Assembly: GCA_030141605.1 (NCBI GenBank)
Contig: JAQGDQ010000004.1
Location: 930,001 to 994,000, forward strand
Direction: 5' to 3'
Origin: Tubiluchus corallicola
Taxonomy: Eukaryota; Animalia; Priapulida
Length of the DNA: 64,000 nt
The first letter of the stretch is position 1. The number at the start of each line of letters is the position of its first letter. A model generated the notes under the pieces. The model did not search any database. It saw only the letters and a list, made by a program, of their open reading frames with translations, and was not told where the DNA came from. Both the position numbers and the translations under genes were made by a program. Below, piece by piece: positions 62,701 through 64,000 of this stretch.

Positions 62701-63874
62701 ACTTTGATGTCATTTTTGGACTACCCAGATTGCTCTCTATTTGTTAGGCTACAAAATTCACAAATATTTTGAACTCAGACAAGTCTCTTTTCAGTCTGAA
62801 ATATTTATACGAATTCCACATGAATAATATACTGGACATCCGTTTACCTATAAATAACCGAGAACAGAATATACAGGGTTGAATGATACATGTATACTGA
62901 ATGAATTGTTTTATAATTCAATATTTTTATTATTTTGTAATGATTGCAGTTTTAGATGTTCTTAGTAATTATCATTGTAAATGTACCATGTATGTATTTT
63001 TGTGTAACTTATGGCCTAGCTGTTGAAATAACGAATCTAATCTAAACTAGTATACTTAAAAGTCACAATTCACAAAATGTCGATTAATCGCCTGCACTTC
63101 ATGGCTTCGTTAAACAAATTATAAAATTAGTTATAATTTATGAGCGCGAGTGTAATATTAAACAATAACACATGTCTCGATGAATTATGCAGATTCCGAC
63201 TCCATGTTTATCTGTTTACTAAGGTTACCGTTTGTGTTTACATGTAATACCGGGGCCACACATTCCGCAGACATATGTTCCCATGCAGATTGGCTTCTTA
63301 CATTTAGTAGGCATGGGTAAGCGCTGATTACTGTTTCCCTTACGGTAACAATTCAAACGTGTTACACATTTGAAAAAATGTTTCCCAAATTACATAGGGT
63401 CATGTTTGTAAACTCTCATAAGCAATTGAATATTACACCAAGAAATTTGTTACAAAAATTTCGCTAACCAGTCAGCCCCACACTGCAGTAACAGTTACCT
63501 AGCCCAGCGAATCTTTTTGGAATTACAGAAACTATGCTTAGAAGCCTGCACCAGATCATGGCGACTGAAGAATGTACCATTGGGTATGGCGAAGAGAACA
63601 GATGGTTTGTTTAAATGTGGCTAAAGTGGATTATTGTTGATATGTGTACGCCGGCTGTTCTCTAGTTCCATAAATGTCAAGATTCTCTTCAGCGCACATC
63701 TTTCCTTAAAGTACAGATCGATGCATCTGGTAGCCCTGTTGGGGCATTGTACTTGCACTACTAAATTACAGTTACGTTTCTTTAAGCATGCCGGTAAAAA
63801 TGAGGTAAATTATGCACGACAATCAGCTCCACTTGCTTTACAGAGGAAACAAATGAACGCAACAAATGATTGAG

Positions 63875-63990
63875 CACAAGACAGGAACAAAGAGCACAGG
63901 TTAGGGCAAGACCGGACAGGACAGGATAGAACAGGACAGGACTGGGCGGCGCGGAACAGGACAGGACAAATAGAACTAAACAAGACAAAG
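63875..63990. repeat. (GGACA)n-type pentanucleotide microsatellite
   Basis: Imperfect GGACA/AGACA repeats. Confidence 0.85.
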
Positions 63991-64000
63991 CATGGTGAGG

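Overview
AT-rich, intron-containing animal (invertebrate-type) genomic DNA, not prokaryotic; the taxon cannot be fixed from the sequence. I rebuilt spliced gene models by hand from splice-site consensus and reading-frame phase. Seven protein-coding genes: (1) a secreted CUB-CUB-LDLa protein (-, runs off the left edge); (2) JMJD7 (-); (3) RPL26 (+), lying antisense between JMJD7 exons and flanked by two same-orientation copies of a TTAA-bounded MITE; (4) a MUM1/PWWP3-like gene with a single coding exon (-), directly upstream of the JMJD7 coding exons; (5) ACSF3 (+), divergent from the PWWP/JMJD7 unit; (6) SYCP3 (+); (7) an ETO/MTG8/nervy (CBFA2T) co-repressor (-), whose putative regulatory region fills the last ~10 kb. 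The rest holds decayed LINEs, MITEs, Penelope-like and THAP relics, and tandem duplications. The JMJD7 locus is the most unusual part. One upstream exon ending in 'AT' could splice either to the PWWP exon or to a JMJD7 exon, where it completes an in-frame AT|G start codon. In addition, a JMJD7 exon required for the reading frame cannot be found in the interval that carries RPL26. Gene identities rest on recalled family motifs; no database search was run.
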